64,000 nucleotides of DNA from Klebsormidium nitens. Its lineage: Eukaryota > Plantae > Klebsormidiophyceae. The notes beneath the pieces are model-generated. The model made no database searches, had not been told where the DNA came from, and worked only from the letters and a program-made list of their open reading frames with translations. How positions within the stretch are numbered: the stretch's first letter is position 1; the number at the start of each line of letters is the position of its first letter. A program made the translations under genes and the position numbers. The DNA lies in contig DF237286.1 of assembly GCA_000708835.1 (NCBI GenBank), positions 36,831 through 100,830 of the forward strand, written 5' to 3'. This document shows positions 1 to 11,651 of the stretch, piece after piece.

Positions 1-2617
1 ACATGCGAGAGCGCGTTTAAAAGATAGGAGTGTGCTGGTTCAGAATTCGCCGTCTGTTTTAATCTGTTTGTTGGAGCCTCCAAATCCAATTGAAAAGAGC
101 TGACAGTCTGCACTGAGATTAAGAAACACAGCCCCTTCGCCCTGGTTTTAGGAAGGATTGTTGAAGTTTGGCCATGACCGCTCAATTCTCTTCCATGTTT
201 TCTGAACAGACGCTCCAATGTGTGGCGTGTGGCGCCCGCTGCCAATGCGTTCCTGTAAAGGGGTTAAGGAATCTTGCGTATTCACCAAATTCTGAGTTGC
301 TCAAAGGGCTGGGTTCATGCCCTCCATGGACTTAATGGCTGCAGTGCGCAATTGACGGTACTCAAATAGTTGAAAAGCTTGGACCTGTGACAAGACAGCT
401 ACAGCTGAGAGCAGTTGCATGCAACCCCAAGGATGTAAGACCCTTTCTTATAACAATGGAGTTTTGAAGTAAATCCAGTGCTGAAAATTGGTGCCAACAT
501 ACTTGAGGCAAGCACGCCAGAGAGATTCTCCAGCAAGCTGCCGGCTTTAGTAACTCAATCAGTGCTAGAATCCATCGGCTTCCAATCAGTGACCTAAGCA
601 GAACGGCACTTTTTGGGGAACTGCCAATTTCGTCTGATTCTGGGGGGAATGGAAGGGTGCGGATGTTGGAAGAAGTCTCTAATGTAGACAATCATGCCTT
701 CGTCAAACTTTGTTTCAAACAGCAAGGGAACACTGTTGTGGCGCAATCCTTTACAGCATTGCCAGGCTAACTCTGCTCAAGAACTAGGATCTATCCGTGA
801 AGATGCATCTGCTCTGGCATGCTTTGAAGTGGTCGAGGAAAAGGCTCCAGGCTCTGTTGGGGAGGCACGTGTTGCACAGGGGATAGCTGCACTTCAACAT
901 TAGCAACGGCACTGCAGAAGTGATCAAAGTTTCTCGGGCGAATTGTTTCTGGGATGGTGTGGCTGTCAGCCACAACCGTGCTTCTTGGCTTCCTCCATTC
1001 TAGACTTCCGGGGTCGGTGCACGAGCAAGGACTTTCCATGGACTGTAGATAAGCTCAACTATCCTACCTCTTGACAATCATGATCCCAGTCTACACCAGA
1101 CAAGCCATCTCTGGGGCTGCACAGATTGCCGGCTCTGCGCTTGCAAAATCCTCCTGCCGACTTTTCCGCCTTACTTCTCAGGCCTCATCTTTTCGTCCTT
1201 CACTGTGAAAACTTCTTCAAAGTGCCTGTTTTTCTTCCCTTTCCGAAGTGCTTGCCTGCATCTCAAACTGTTCCCTTCCTTCTTTCAGGAACATTGACCA
1301 TGCTGAGGAGACTGTCATCCAATATTGGTCCATCTACTGCCCCAAGGCCCTGGAGACGCAGGACTACGAGACCCTGGCAAAGGTTCACAATGGTGAGAAG
1401 CTTCGCTACCTTGTTACGTCATCTGCTTTGTCCATCTTGGCCTTGGGGCATGTGATAAAGTCAGGGACAGTAGTTCCTTATTACCTGCGCCATATTGAAA
1501 TCCTGCTGCTCAAGGATTGGTGAAAGGTGTTGGGGCGGCCTCTATCTAATTCTTGAACTGCATTCCAATTCTCTTCTTGATACTTTGTTAGTGCTTTTGT
1601 TGCTTCTCTGGCACTTCCCTTCAGACATGCAGAAGTCAGGTTGATTGGAGCTACTTGTGATCCTTCCCAGGAATTCTCATCACTAGATTGTGTTCAAACA
1701 TAGAATTAGCTGTATTGTGAGTTCTTCTCTTGCTCTTCCAAAATCGCCCCAGGTACAATCTGTGTCTTTGTATCCCCTGTTAGCAAAAGCTACGCGTTAA
1801 GACCAAGAGTTCCTGGCGAAGACAGTCCCACTGACATTTGAGACAAGATACTCAACTGGATGTCCAAAGAAGTACAGTAACTTGCGATGCAATTGTCCTG
1901 ACGAATGTCCTCCATACCGCACAGGGGGTCCGAATGGCCCGTCCGCCGGCAAGACGACATATTACTGGAGCAAAGTGCTGCGGCATCTCAAGCAGCAGCA
2001 GGAAGTGAAGATTCCACCAGACGCCACGCACCTGTCGCCTCGTCGAGCGCCCGGGGCGGGGACAAAATGGAAGGATGCGCCCCGGAGAACAGGTGAGGGG
2101 GCTAGGTTTATTACTGGCTCTGGTTGTGGCTGTGCCTCTGTGAGCTTCTAGAGTGTGCACCAGTGCTGGCAGCGGAATCTGCTTTCGGTAGATAAGCATC
2201 TGTACGACGGCGCCATTTCTAAGGTTCAGCTTGACGTCTTGGTCGGGTCCGATGAAAAGTGGCACTGAGCTGTATTGCTTTGAATGTTTCCTGGTTCTCT
2301 CAAGCCAGGGGAACTGAGCCTGCGTTTGGTTCAAGCTTTCGCTTGTGTCTTGCATACAGGGAGCCCAGGTTTGTTGCAGCCTCGACCTTTGTTTGAGAGT
2401 GCATGGTGACTGGTCAAGCGATGGAAATGGATGAGGACAAAGATGGAAGCACCACAGACAACAACGTTCACAGAACTTTCTGTAGATTGATAACGTTGAA
2501 TCGTTGTTGCTAGTTCCCCGGCTTTCCTGCACACAATCATTGTCCCCGCCGTTCTATTCTCTGGCGCTTTGTTGCCTCCTCTATTTGACTCTCTGATCAC
2601 TTTGACACCCACAAACA

Positions 2618-5600
2618 ATGGGTCAGCCTTCTGTCGATATCAAAAGACGTTGCCAATCAAGCAGTAATATCTATCCGAATTTTGAACATTCCTCTCCAGG
2701 ACGGACTGGCCTCGGGAAGCCTGGCCTTCCCTGGGCGGGGATCCCATCCGCAGGGCTCCCTTCGAAGCCCCGGCCCCACGTGCCAAAACCTCACCGCCAC
2801 GCGCACCACGCAAAGCTGGTCCAAATCCGTGTGCACCAAGTCTACCGCCCACACACGGCAAAGGCGAGGAGGGTCGTCAAAGGGGTTGCCGCAGGGGGGA
2901 AGCCCAGCCCCCCGAAGAACAAGCAGAGTAGTCACTCCCGGTAAGGTTTTGACAGCCAAGCACTCGTTGCGATTGAGCAGAAAGGCAGGTGTATAAGGTT
3001 GTGATGCAGAGCCTGTTGCTAGCTTGCAGCCTCTGCCACTGTGGTCCACCTCTTCAGCTACTTGCGAGCAGGTTTCTTTCCTTATTTTTGTATCGAGGGT
3101 CTTCAGCGCGTATGCCTCGTGATCTGGCACAGCATCACTTCAGCGAGTAGGCTTCTTCTCAGATTGTAGGGTTAAGTACAGACGTTAGAAGGTACTTAAC
3201 CCTCTGATGGTCCAACGCTTGTCCTGCGAAGGCCGTGCACATCATGCTGACCAACATTTTCGCATCTTATATGCAGGCGGTCCTCTTTCTCAAGCACCAC
3301 CACCTACGACCATTTCAGCCAAGCCAGCTCCACCTTCGCCTCCCAGGACGGCGGGTTCTCTACAACCCCGCTTCTAACCCCTAAGACCAAACCCCAAAAC
3401 GCCGCCGGCACGACCACTCCAGGAACCCCCAATACCCGGCACGGTTCTCCTGAGAACGACCTGCTTATCAAACCCGGGGACAGTATCAGTCAGCGGCCGA
3501 GCCCGGCACACAGCGAAGCGTCCCTTGGTTCAGACAACCCCGAGAGCCCCGGTGCCGATTCACACCCCTCTGAAAGCTTCCAGCTAAGGCGGGTGCGAAC
3601 GCACTCCCAGGAGGACCTGGCGGCCCTGTCTGAGAAAGAGGCCTTGGAAGCGGAGGCGCTGCTGAGCGAGATCGTTCAGCAAGTTGATCGCAAGCGGGGG
3701 GCACTGAAGTTAGGCTTCAAGGTCTCGCCGCGGGCTCGGTTGTCCCCCCCGAAACGGAAACGGAACCCGTTTCGAAGCTCAGGGAACGTGCAGGCAGAAC
3801 GGGGTACGGTCAAAGGGGAAAAGTCGGCATCGCAACAGATGCGGACACCGGAGGTAAGCTGGTGTGCCTTGTATTATTGATTGGGCACTGCCGAGGTTTG
3901 CTGAATGCGTCAACACCAGGGTTGAAATAGTTAAGGCTCGCCGATCGTTGCTGGTCTCCTGAGGTGCTACAACTCCGCAATACTTCAAGTCGGTTCGAAA
4001 TATTGACCTGTATGATTGCTGATATAGCTTTCTTGCCAGGCCTTTGATGCATGATTCAAGCTGCGACTCTCGCCTTGTCTCCCATGAACACTGTCACCTT
4101 CTAGCAGCAATCTCTGACTCGTCTCTCAGCATCGAAAGAGTCTGCCCATTGAAGCGCACCAGCTTGCCTGCAAGGAGGAGTTTGAGACGCTTCTCTTGGT
4201 CCGTACTTAAAAGCGGGTCTCGAGGGTGGAGACCCGAAAGCCTCAAAAGGATCTTTAGTAACCAGCTTCACTTCATGTTTCTGCCAGGTGGCGCACCAGG
4301 AAGAGGTGGAGGACTTCCAGTATCGGGATCCGGACCAAAGCGACTCCGAGTCCGACAGCGAGCTCTCAGATCCCGACGCTGCGTCGCCTGTCAGCTCGGC
4401 GGGGTCGCTTTCGCCTGACAAGACCTTTGCGGTGGCGTACCTCCAGACAGCAATCCGGCGGTCGCAGAAGAAAGTGGCAGCAGTCATGATCCAGGTAAGA
4501 GAGTGGAGGTCTTTCAAGTCGCAGGATTTGAGATGCTATCACTGCGTTTGATCTATTAACTTTAGTCTGGCAATTTGACGGTGGTGGAGACCGCTGCTGG
4601 CTGAAATGCGGTTTGTGAATACGGTTTTAGCGTGTTCAAGTGCGAGCCAGGCAAAAAAGTCGCAGCTAGACTTGACTTGTCCATATTCACTTGTGATTCT
4701 TCGAGCGCAAACGCCCTTGTGTCGATTCCAAGAATGCGTAGTAAGTGTGCGCCGCATTGAGGTTCTCAAAGGCTTGTCAGACCTCTCCCCGGAAAAAAAG
4801 ACACGACAAACCGAGCAGATGAAGATTTAACACCATTGCTAACGAGCAATTTTGCTTGTGGATACAGAGGGCGTTCCAAAGTTATTGCCCCCGCCGCAAC
4901 TTCGTGAAGCTGCGGTCAACTGCCATCCGCCTCCAGAAGCTCGTCCGCGCCTGGCAGCACGGCCGACCCGTGCGCGTGGCGTTTATCGCCCTCCGCCACG
5001 CAACGCTAACTATCCAGACTCGGTGGCGCGCAAAGCGGGAGCGGCAGTCGATGCTCCTGCAAGCAGTGCAGGAGCGGATTCGTTTTCTGTGTATGAGAAA
5101 GGCGGTGGTGGAGGTTCAGCGGGTGTGGCGGGGACACAGAGTGCGGGCGGGTTTTGGTGGCGCGTCGGGGGGTGATGCAGTGGGCGTGTCACGGGGGGGC
5201 TCGAATGGCGAGTCGGAGGGGCGGGTTGTGTCGGTTCGGGGGGAGTCTTTGCTGAGCGCGTTGGAGACGTCTGAGCTGCGGTCGGAAGTGCCAGATGAAC
5301 GGGACTGTGAATCAGTAGGATGCAGTTTGGGAAATGGCACAGCGGAGTTGGACGCTGTGTCAGGAGGGGCGGTGAAAGCGGAGGGGAAGGGCGGGCAGGA
5401 TACGGTGGTCTCCGACCTGCCAAGCTCCGGAACAGCGTTAGTCACGCTGGAGGATGAAAAGGCGGAAGGGAAAACGGCAGCGGGAGTCTCGGGCAGGGTT
5501 TGGAGTGCGCAGAAGCTTTTTGTGCGGAGTCCGGGAAGTACCCCTCCCTTGTCACCCGGCCGAGAAGAAGAGCTCTACCGCCAGCTGGCAGAGCTGCAGA

Positions 5601-8600
5601 TGCCGCACACGGTCGATGACCGGGGGGGTCTTTGTCAGACCCACCCCATGATCGAGTGCAGCGGGGGGGTGGGTGTGCATTTAGGAGAGAGTTGGGACTC
5701 GGACGGCGAGGAACCCTCTCCGACCTTCCGGGTGATCGAAGTCCGAACGGAGACGCTTTCCGCAGCGTTATATCCGGATGGGGTCGGTGACGACCTGGAC
5801 GGGGGGTGGTCGGCAACGCCGCCAATGTCTCCTCGGGGAGAAGAGGCGCTGTATCTGCAGCTGGCAGATCTTCTGCCATCGTTTGGGAGCCTGAATTTGT
5901 ACAGTACGGGTGGGAATGGGCAGGGGCAACTGTTCGATGAAGAGCATAGCGGGAGCGAGGAGCTTGCGGCAGGCAGCGGTCTGTCTGAGAGAGAATCAGT
6001 GGCTCAGGGCGCGACAGCTGGCACGAGCGTGGTTGGTCCGATTGGGGAGATGATTGAGGAGAATCAGAACTCCGGGGTGGATCGAAAGGGGTTGAACGTT
6101 GGCGTTGATGATGGGCGAGAACCAGAGCGGGAAGAGGAAGTCGATGAGACAGGAGCGCAGTCCCCCGCGTCTGTGATCGAGGGGCCGCTCACGCCGCGCA
6201 AGGAGTCGGTGCTGCTGACACAACTGGCGGGCCTCATTGCGAAGCACGTGCCAGCTGTCATGGAGCCTGTGCCAGCTGTCAAGAAGTCCATGCCAGCTGC
6301 CATGGAGCCTGTGCCAGCTGTCAACGAGTCCATGCCAGCTGTCATGGAGCATGCGCCAGCTGTTGCGGTTCCAGGCGCGGAGTTTGTGACGAGAACCCGG
6401 TTGGCGACGGAGTCGGGGCATGAAGAGGACGGAAAGGAAGAAGCCGCGGTTGGGTTGCAGACGAATAGCGAGACTCTTTCAGAAGGGGAAGTCAGGGGAG
6501 GCGGTGAGCATGATAGAATGGTGCAAGGGGGGCCGGAGAAAAGCCTGCCTCGAAAAGCGGGAGCAAAGAGAGGGAGCCCCGACGCGGGCGACCTTCTCGC
6601 AGTGCACCGGGCTGCACTAAGGGCTCTGAAAAAGGAGGAGGTCGCCAGCTGGAGGGACCGGAAGCCGCTTGACATGGTGGTGACAGCTGGCGATAGGTGC
6701 GAGGGGGAATTGTTCCTAGCGGAAGCTGCGGTGAGGGAGTGCCGGGAAACCGAGCCTGCAGAAGGGGGAAAGCGAAGAAAGCTGGCCCAAGAGAAAGACG
6801 GACTCACTCTTGAGCGGGTGCAGAAGACGGTTGAGGAAGCTTCGGCGCCCGAAGTGTCGCCACTTAGCGTGCTTAGCACGGGATTGGGCGATGTCAGCAA
6901 AGCCCAGCCGGAGGCCTGCACTGGCAGCGACGTTTCGGACGGACTTACCCCCAACTGCGTGGCGGACGTCCGGATCTTTGGCGCTCCGGAAGTGCCCTCG
7001 TCCGGCGACTGCACGCCGGAGCACTACGCCCTCACCGAGTCCGACGCCAGCGTGTTCGCGCTGCACAAGCCGGACCCTTACCGGACGCCCGTCGGGAGTC
7101 CGGCGCTGATTCTCGCGGAGACGGCGTTGCTTGACTCCGCCAGCAAGGTCGCGTCCTGGAACGACGCAGCGGCCAATGTCCCTCTGAGCGAGGAGGATCT
7201 GCGGGTGTCGATAGCCGCCCCCGGGGATCCCCCTTGGAGCCTTGCACAGTACGACTTCGCCAGGGTGGGGGCATCTTCCGAGTGGGCCGACGGCTTTCCC
7301 GATGACAGCTGGACCAATAGCCCGAGCCACCGGAGCTTCGTGGACCAGGACAGCTCCCTCGGGGAGGTCAAAGTTTCGGACTATCCGTCGCCGGACAAGT
7401 CGCTGGGGCTGGTCCGAGCGGAGGTGGAGAAGCTGAACAGCCTGCAGAAGGGGCAGCTCACACCGGGGAGGGGGGCCCCGGGGCAGCTGGGTGTGAATGG
7501 GGGCAAGGCACTGATGCTGGGGAGCACGGAGTGGGCGCAGATGCGGCTGGGTCTGGGGTTGCTGAAGCAATGGCTGGTGGAGAACGAGTCTGGCGAGAAA
7601 GGCCAAGGCGCCGGAAGAGGCCAGGACGTGTTGACGATTCAACACTTCGGGAGGGATCACTGGTTTGAGAAGCCCCAGAATCATGAGAAGCCTCCGAGCC
7701 CTGGGTTTATGCAGAGCCATGAGAAGCACCAACCCGCCATGAGCACCCAAACGTGCACCGAGTGTCGTGCCGGTGAAGAATTAGAGGGGGCCAGAAGCCC
7801 CGTCGAGCTTCAAAAGGTCTGCACCCCGCACCACGTCGGCAGTTTCCTGGGAAGGAGCAAGTCGGAGTCGGCACTAAAGGGGTTAGACGATCCTCTGAAC
7901 GCTGATCCGGCCCCTAACCATCTGGATCACCCCCGCTTCTCACCTTCCACGGCCGCAGAATCAATTGCTTCGAAGCCCCAAGTGGTCAGGAAGCTAACCC
8001 TGCCCCTGCGTAGTGGCCTCGGCAGTCCGTGCTCCCTCTCCCCGAACCTGGTTACGGACTCCGGTTCGCTCGACCCAGTCTCGAGCCCACCGTCGAAGCC
8101 GACTTCCGAAACCCGGCTAGCCCAAGACTCCGGGTTCCCGCTAACCCCATCAAACCCTTCCCCGACCGGCCGCCTGAGCATCGAGCTGCCCTTAGAGCCG
8201 GAGCGCTGTGAGAGCCCAGACGTCAGCCCCGCTTTGCCGAAGTCTCCGGAAAGGGGGGCTACTTTTGACAGCTTCGCCGCCCCCCAGCTCGAGAGGCTGC
8301 ACTCCGCCCCGCAGCCGAGGACGGCGTATGCGCATTCGCCTCACAGGCAGGACGGGCACGACTGCCTCGTGTGCCGCCTGTGGGAGGAGGGCAGCTTTGT
8401 GGGCTTCCAGGACAGCCCAAGGTAAGCCCTCTCGTCTCGTTCTAGTTGTAAGTAACCCCACGAGTTGGGTTAAACAGTTTCAAAGTTGACGAGGATACAT
8501 TAGAGATGCAAAGGGCTTTTACTTTATTGCTGTGGGAGGAGGGCAGCTTTGCGGGCTTCCAGGACAGCCCGAGGTTACACCTTCCGCTGTGTCCTGATCT

Positions 8601-11600
8601 GCATGCCTCGTTCAACTCGGAAAGATTTCGCCCCGTCTCCATACAAACCTACCAGCCAAATTCTCACGAAGTTAGATCGGAAGCTGGTTGAGATGGATTT
8701 GGGTTTCATGAAAGTACACATTAGAAACCGGTCAGGGGATCAATTCAGTTTGCCCCAGTGAATGGCCGTATCACCCTAAGAAACACGAAGCATAACTAGT
8801 CCAAGTGGAAAGTCCCGGAATTGTTAGCACTCGTTAACTTTCGTCTCCAAAATTTCAAAGCCCGAGTGAAGTTGACGTTGCTTGGCCTGTCCGTCTTGGC
8901 TCGCTGTCTTTTGTTCTGAAGGGAAACCACGAGCTTTCAACGTCCCTCATTTTCAGGGAAAGAGCCAGATATAAGTGCAGCGAAGATACTGCGGAGCTGT
9001 CACTATCTAACGAAGCGGATCCGAGGTAGCAACTCATGCATGTCTCCAACCTTCCTGCTTTGTTTCTCAAGTCTCTTCTGCCTGCTTCATGTTCGTAACA
9101 CACTCCGCTTTGCATTGTTTTCCAGGGCACGGGCGCTTCGCAACCGCGGCCGCAGCTTCAGCCAATCCTGGTCCACTCAGGAGCTGCCACCTGTCAGCCG
9201 AAGCCCCAGTACGCCGTCCCTCGCCCCCGCATCCCAAGAGGTTTCCAGCAGCCCCTCTACAGGTGGCACCTCTCCAGCCAGTGTCCCAGCCAAGTTGGGA
9301 TTCTTTAGAGGTTCCCCCGACCGGAACCTGGCTCGACGTCCCAGCCTGGCCCCTAACCACACCTATAACTCTAGGGGTTCCCCCGACTCCCCGAAACCCT
9401 CTAGAGGTTCCCCAAATTCATCTACGACAAGTGCCGAGCGGGACTTGCTGAGCAGCCCCTCTAAAAGTTCCTGCGACTCCCCAACAAGCTTGGGACCTCC
9501 CGGCCGGCCTAACTTGCCGCGGTCAGGCAAAACCTCCCCGAAACCACCGGTTAACCCGCTCCACTTCCGAAGCCAGAGCCTCGACAGCCAGTATTACCAA
9601 CCCGCCCCGAAAGCCCCGGCCGTCAAAACCCCTGGCCTCAAACCCCCACGCCCGAGCCACCTCCCTCCATCCCCCCGACAGCGCCACGTCGATGCTGACG
9701 TCACCGCACAGGAAAGCCCACGTCAGCCCACTCCGAAGCCGCACTTTCGGTTGTGGAGCAGGAAGGGAGTCCGCGAACCGATCCAGAGTCCCTTTGGGCT
9801 CTTCTCAAGCCGGGGAGGTTCAGCTAACCCGTTCCCAAACCCGTCAGCAAACCCGTCGAGTAACTCACCCCCTGAGGCGACAGCTGTTGCCGCAGGCCGT
9901 GCTTCTGACGGGATTGCTGCGCACTCCCAGAGGAACTTCAACCCCGCTTTCGAGACGAGGGGTGCTGCCGGAGCGGGGAAGAATAACGAGGGTGCTTTCG
10001 GAAGACGGGAGAGGACAGCGCTTCCGATAGCTTATCACCGGGAGTCACAGGATGCGCAAGTCCTGAATATGAAAGCTAGAGCGGGCCTTAGTCCTGGGGC
10101 CAAAGAGGAACGAAACCGACGGGAGCTTAGCGATGGTCGATTGGGGGAGGCGCGGCCCGCCGGGGGGGAGGATTCGCCCCTGCGGGCGCCCCCTAGCCCG
10201 GAAACCTGCTCTGACCTCAGCTCCGTGGGGAGCCCGTTCACACCGCGGCGACTCCTGGCTGCGAGAACGCCCCCCAGCACGAGCGGCTCGCTGAGTGAAG
10301 TCAGCAACTCGTTGGATGACCTCAGCGCGGCGCTCCAGAGCTTCTCGATTGGCGGGAGGCGGCGGTCGGGGAATCTGTCTTCGGGTGAACTGCAGGGCGC
10401 GGGAGGAGTTCCCAGCTCGGGGGGGGAGGGTGCACGAGTAAGGGGTTTGGAAGCGAAGTTCGAAGCTCTGACTCCGTATTGGAGTCCGTCTCCCGCGAAC
10501 GGGGGCAGTGTGGAGTCCGCAGAGAAGAGTCCTGTAGCGACATGTAAGCAAATCCTTCGATTCACTGATCCTGATTCAGATTTCTGCGATGCTTCGCAGC
10601 GTGTGCTTTCGAAATCGTTTCGGATCGGGTGTCAATGCTTTGGAGCTCTCATGAGCACTCTTGTCAAGCCTTTCCGAAGCAGCATTTCAGTTTCGCTGTT
10701 CCATTTCGACCCTGTCCTTGTACCATCTGCAACTGTGAGCGCTACAAACGCGTGCTTCAAATCTAAAATATCAAGCGAAAAGTCCGCTAATCTACTTCAG
10801 CAAAATCATCACTTTGCCTATCCGCAGAGGCTCTGATGCCCACTTTTGCAACGCGATGCCAACTGTGGCAGAGGCGGCATATTTGGATCAGGCCCTCGCT
10901 TCTTTTCCCAGCCACCCTCTCTATTCCGGATGCTAAACTTTGCTTTGCCTTTCCGCAGTGGCTCTGATGCCCACCCTTGCCAAGCTGTGCCAACTGTGGG
11001 AGGAGCGCAGCGTCGATCTACGAGTGCGGGCCCACAAGTACCGGGGCATTGTGCGGGAGCTGACGTCACTCGGGGCTGAGGTGAGTCAGACACACTGATG
11101 CACAGTTGGGATTGAACTGCAGGCCTCGTCTTATTGGGAATCAAACGCCAGATGGTTCTGCCAAGCTTGCTGAATGATCAAATGCGCCCTGATTCCTCGG
11201 GATGGCCTTTTCAGCTTGGTCCTGTTGGTAGGAATTCCATCTTTATCGTGCCTGCCGCTTTTGCAGCCGTTCCTCCTTTGTATTCCTCGTTAGAAGAGAA
11301 GCTCTTAAAAAGAAGAGAAGCCTTTCTTACAACGGCCGGTTGGTTCTTCTCCAGATATGGGCGACCGTTTCTTCAGAAACTTCAAAAACGTTTGGGAGAA
11401 AACAGTTTTGGAACCTTGAACTCTTACGTTTGGACGTTATTGAATCCTGTTCTCTTTCGTCTTCCTTTCAGGTGCGCATGGTCTACTACGTGTCCCCGAC
11501 ATGGGGTCCCCCGAGCGTGATGAAGGAACTAGACGAGGTCGCGACTCTGGAGCGCAGTTCGCGGGAGGAACAGCAGGCGGCGGATCTGGTGTTGCGGCAA

Positions 11601-11651
11601 AGGGACTGCATTCATGCGGGGCTGTCCTTCCAGCTGACCCAGGTGGGATAG
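2618..11651 (+). CDS. Large IQ-motif (calmodulin-binding) protein, mostly low-complexity/disordered, ~2126 aa, 7 exons
   Basis: Exons 2618-2940, 3277-3853, 4288-4494, 4868-8421, 9126-10543, 10959-11080, 11472-11651. All introns are GT-AG and the phases join into one frame (e.g. VMIQ|RAFQSY across intron 3). About five IQ-type repeats with ASPM/myosin-neck spacing (MIQRAFQSY, RLQKLVRAW, TIQTRWRAK, EVQRVWRGH). No motor or CH domain recognised. Start codon and the last two exons are less certain. Confidence 0.72.
6248..6364 (+). repeat. In-frame 21-bp (7-aa) tandem repeat with 42-bp higher-order period
   Basis: gccagctgtcatggagcctgt-type units translate VPAVMEP VPAVKKS MPAAMEP VPAVNES MPAVMEH APAV. 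Confidence 0.9.
8530..8574 (+). repeat. Intronic duplicate of the 3' end of exon 4 of the IQ gene
   Basis: ctgtgggaggagggcagctttgcgggcttccaggacagcccgagg matches 8378-8422 with 2 mismatches; the donor context is degraded (gttaca vs gtaagc). Confidence 0.92.
10811..10875 (+). repeat. Intronic duplicate of the acceptor and start of exon 6 of the IQ gene
   Basis: ctttgcctatccgcag|aggctctgatgcccacttttgcaacgcgatgccaactgtgg resembles the real ctttgcctttccgcag|tggctctgatgcccacccttgccaagctgtgccaactgtgg at ~10943-11000. Confidence 0.85.

Noticed and set aside
360-1000. Possible degenerate RLE-type non-LTR retrotransposon C-terminus on the minus strand (WLTATPS..., C..C...DH...C, RHNSV)
   Set aside because: The motifs lie in different frames with stops and atypical spacing, and I could read no RT motifs upstream. 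It needs tBLASTx/HMM against Repbase or Dfam.
5010-10565. Long antisense ORFs (316, 344, 176 aa etc.) overlapping exons 4-5 of the IQ gene
   Set aside because: Expected shadow ORFs of GC-rich coding sequence, with no independent motifs.
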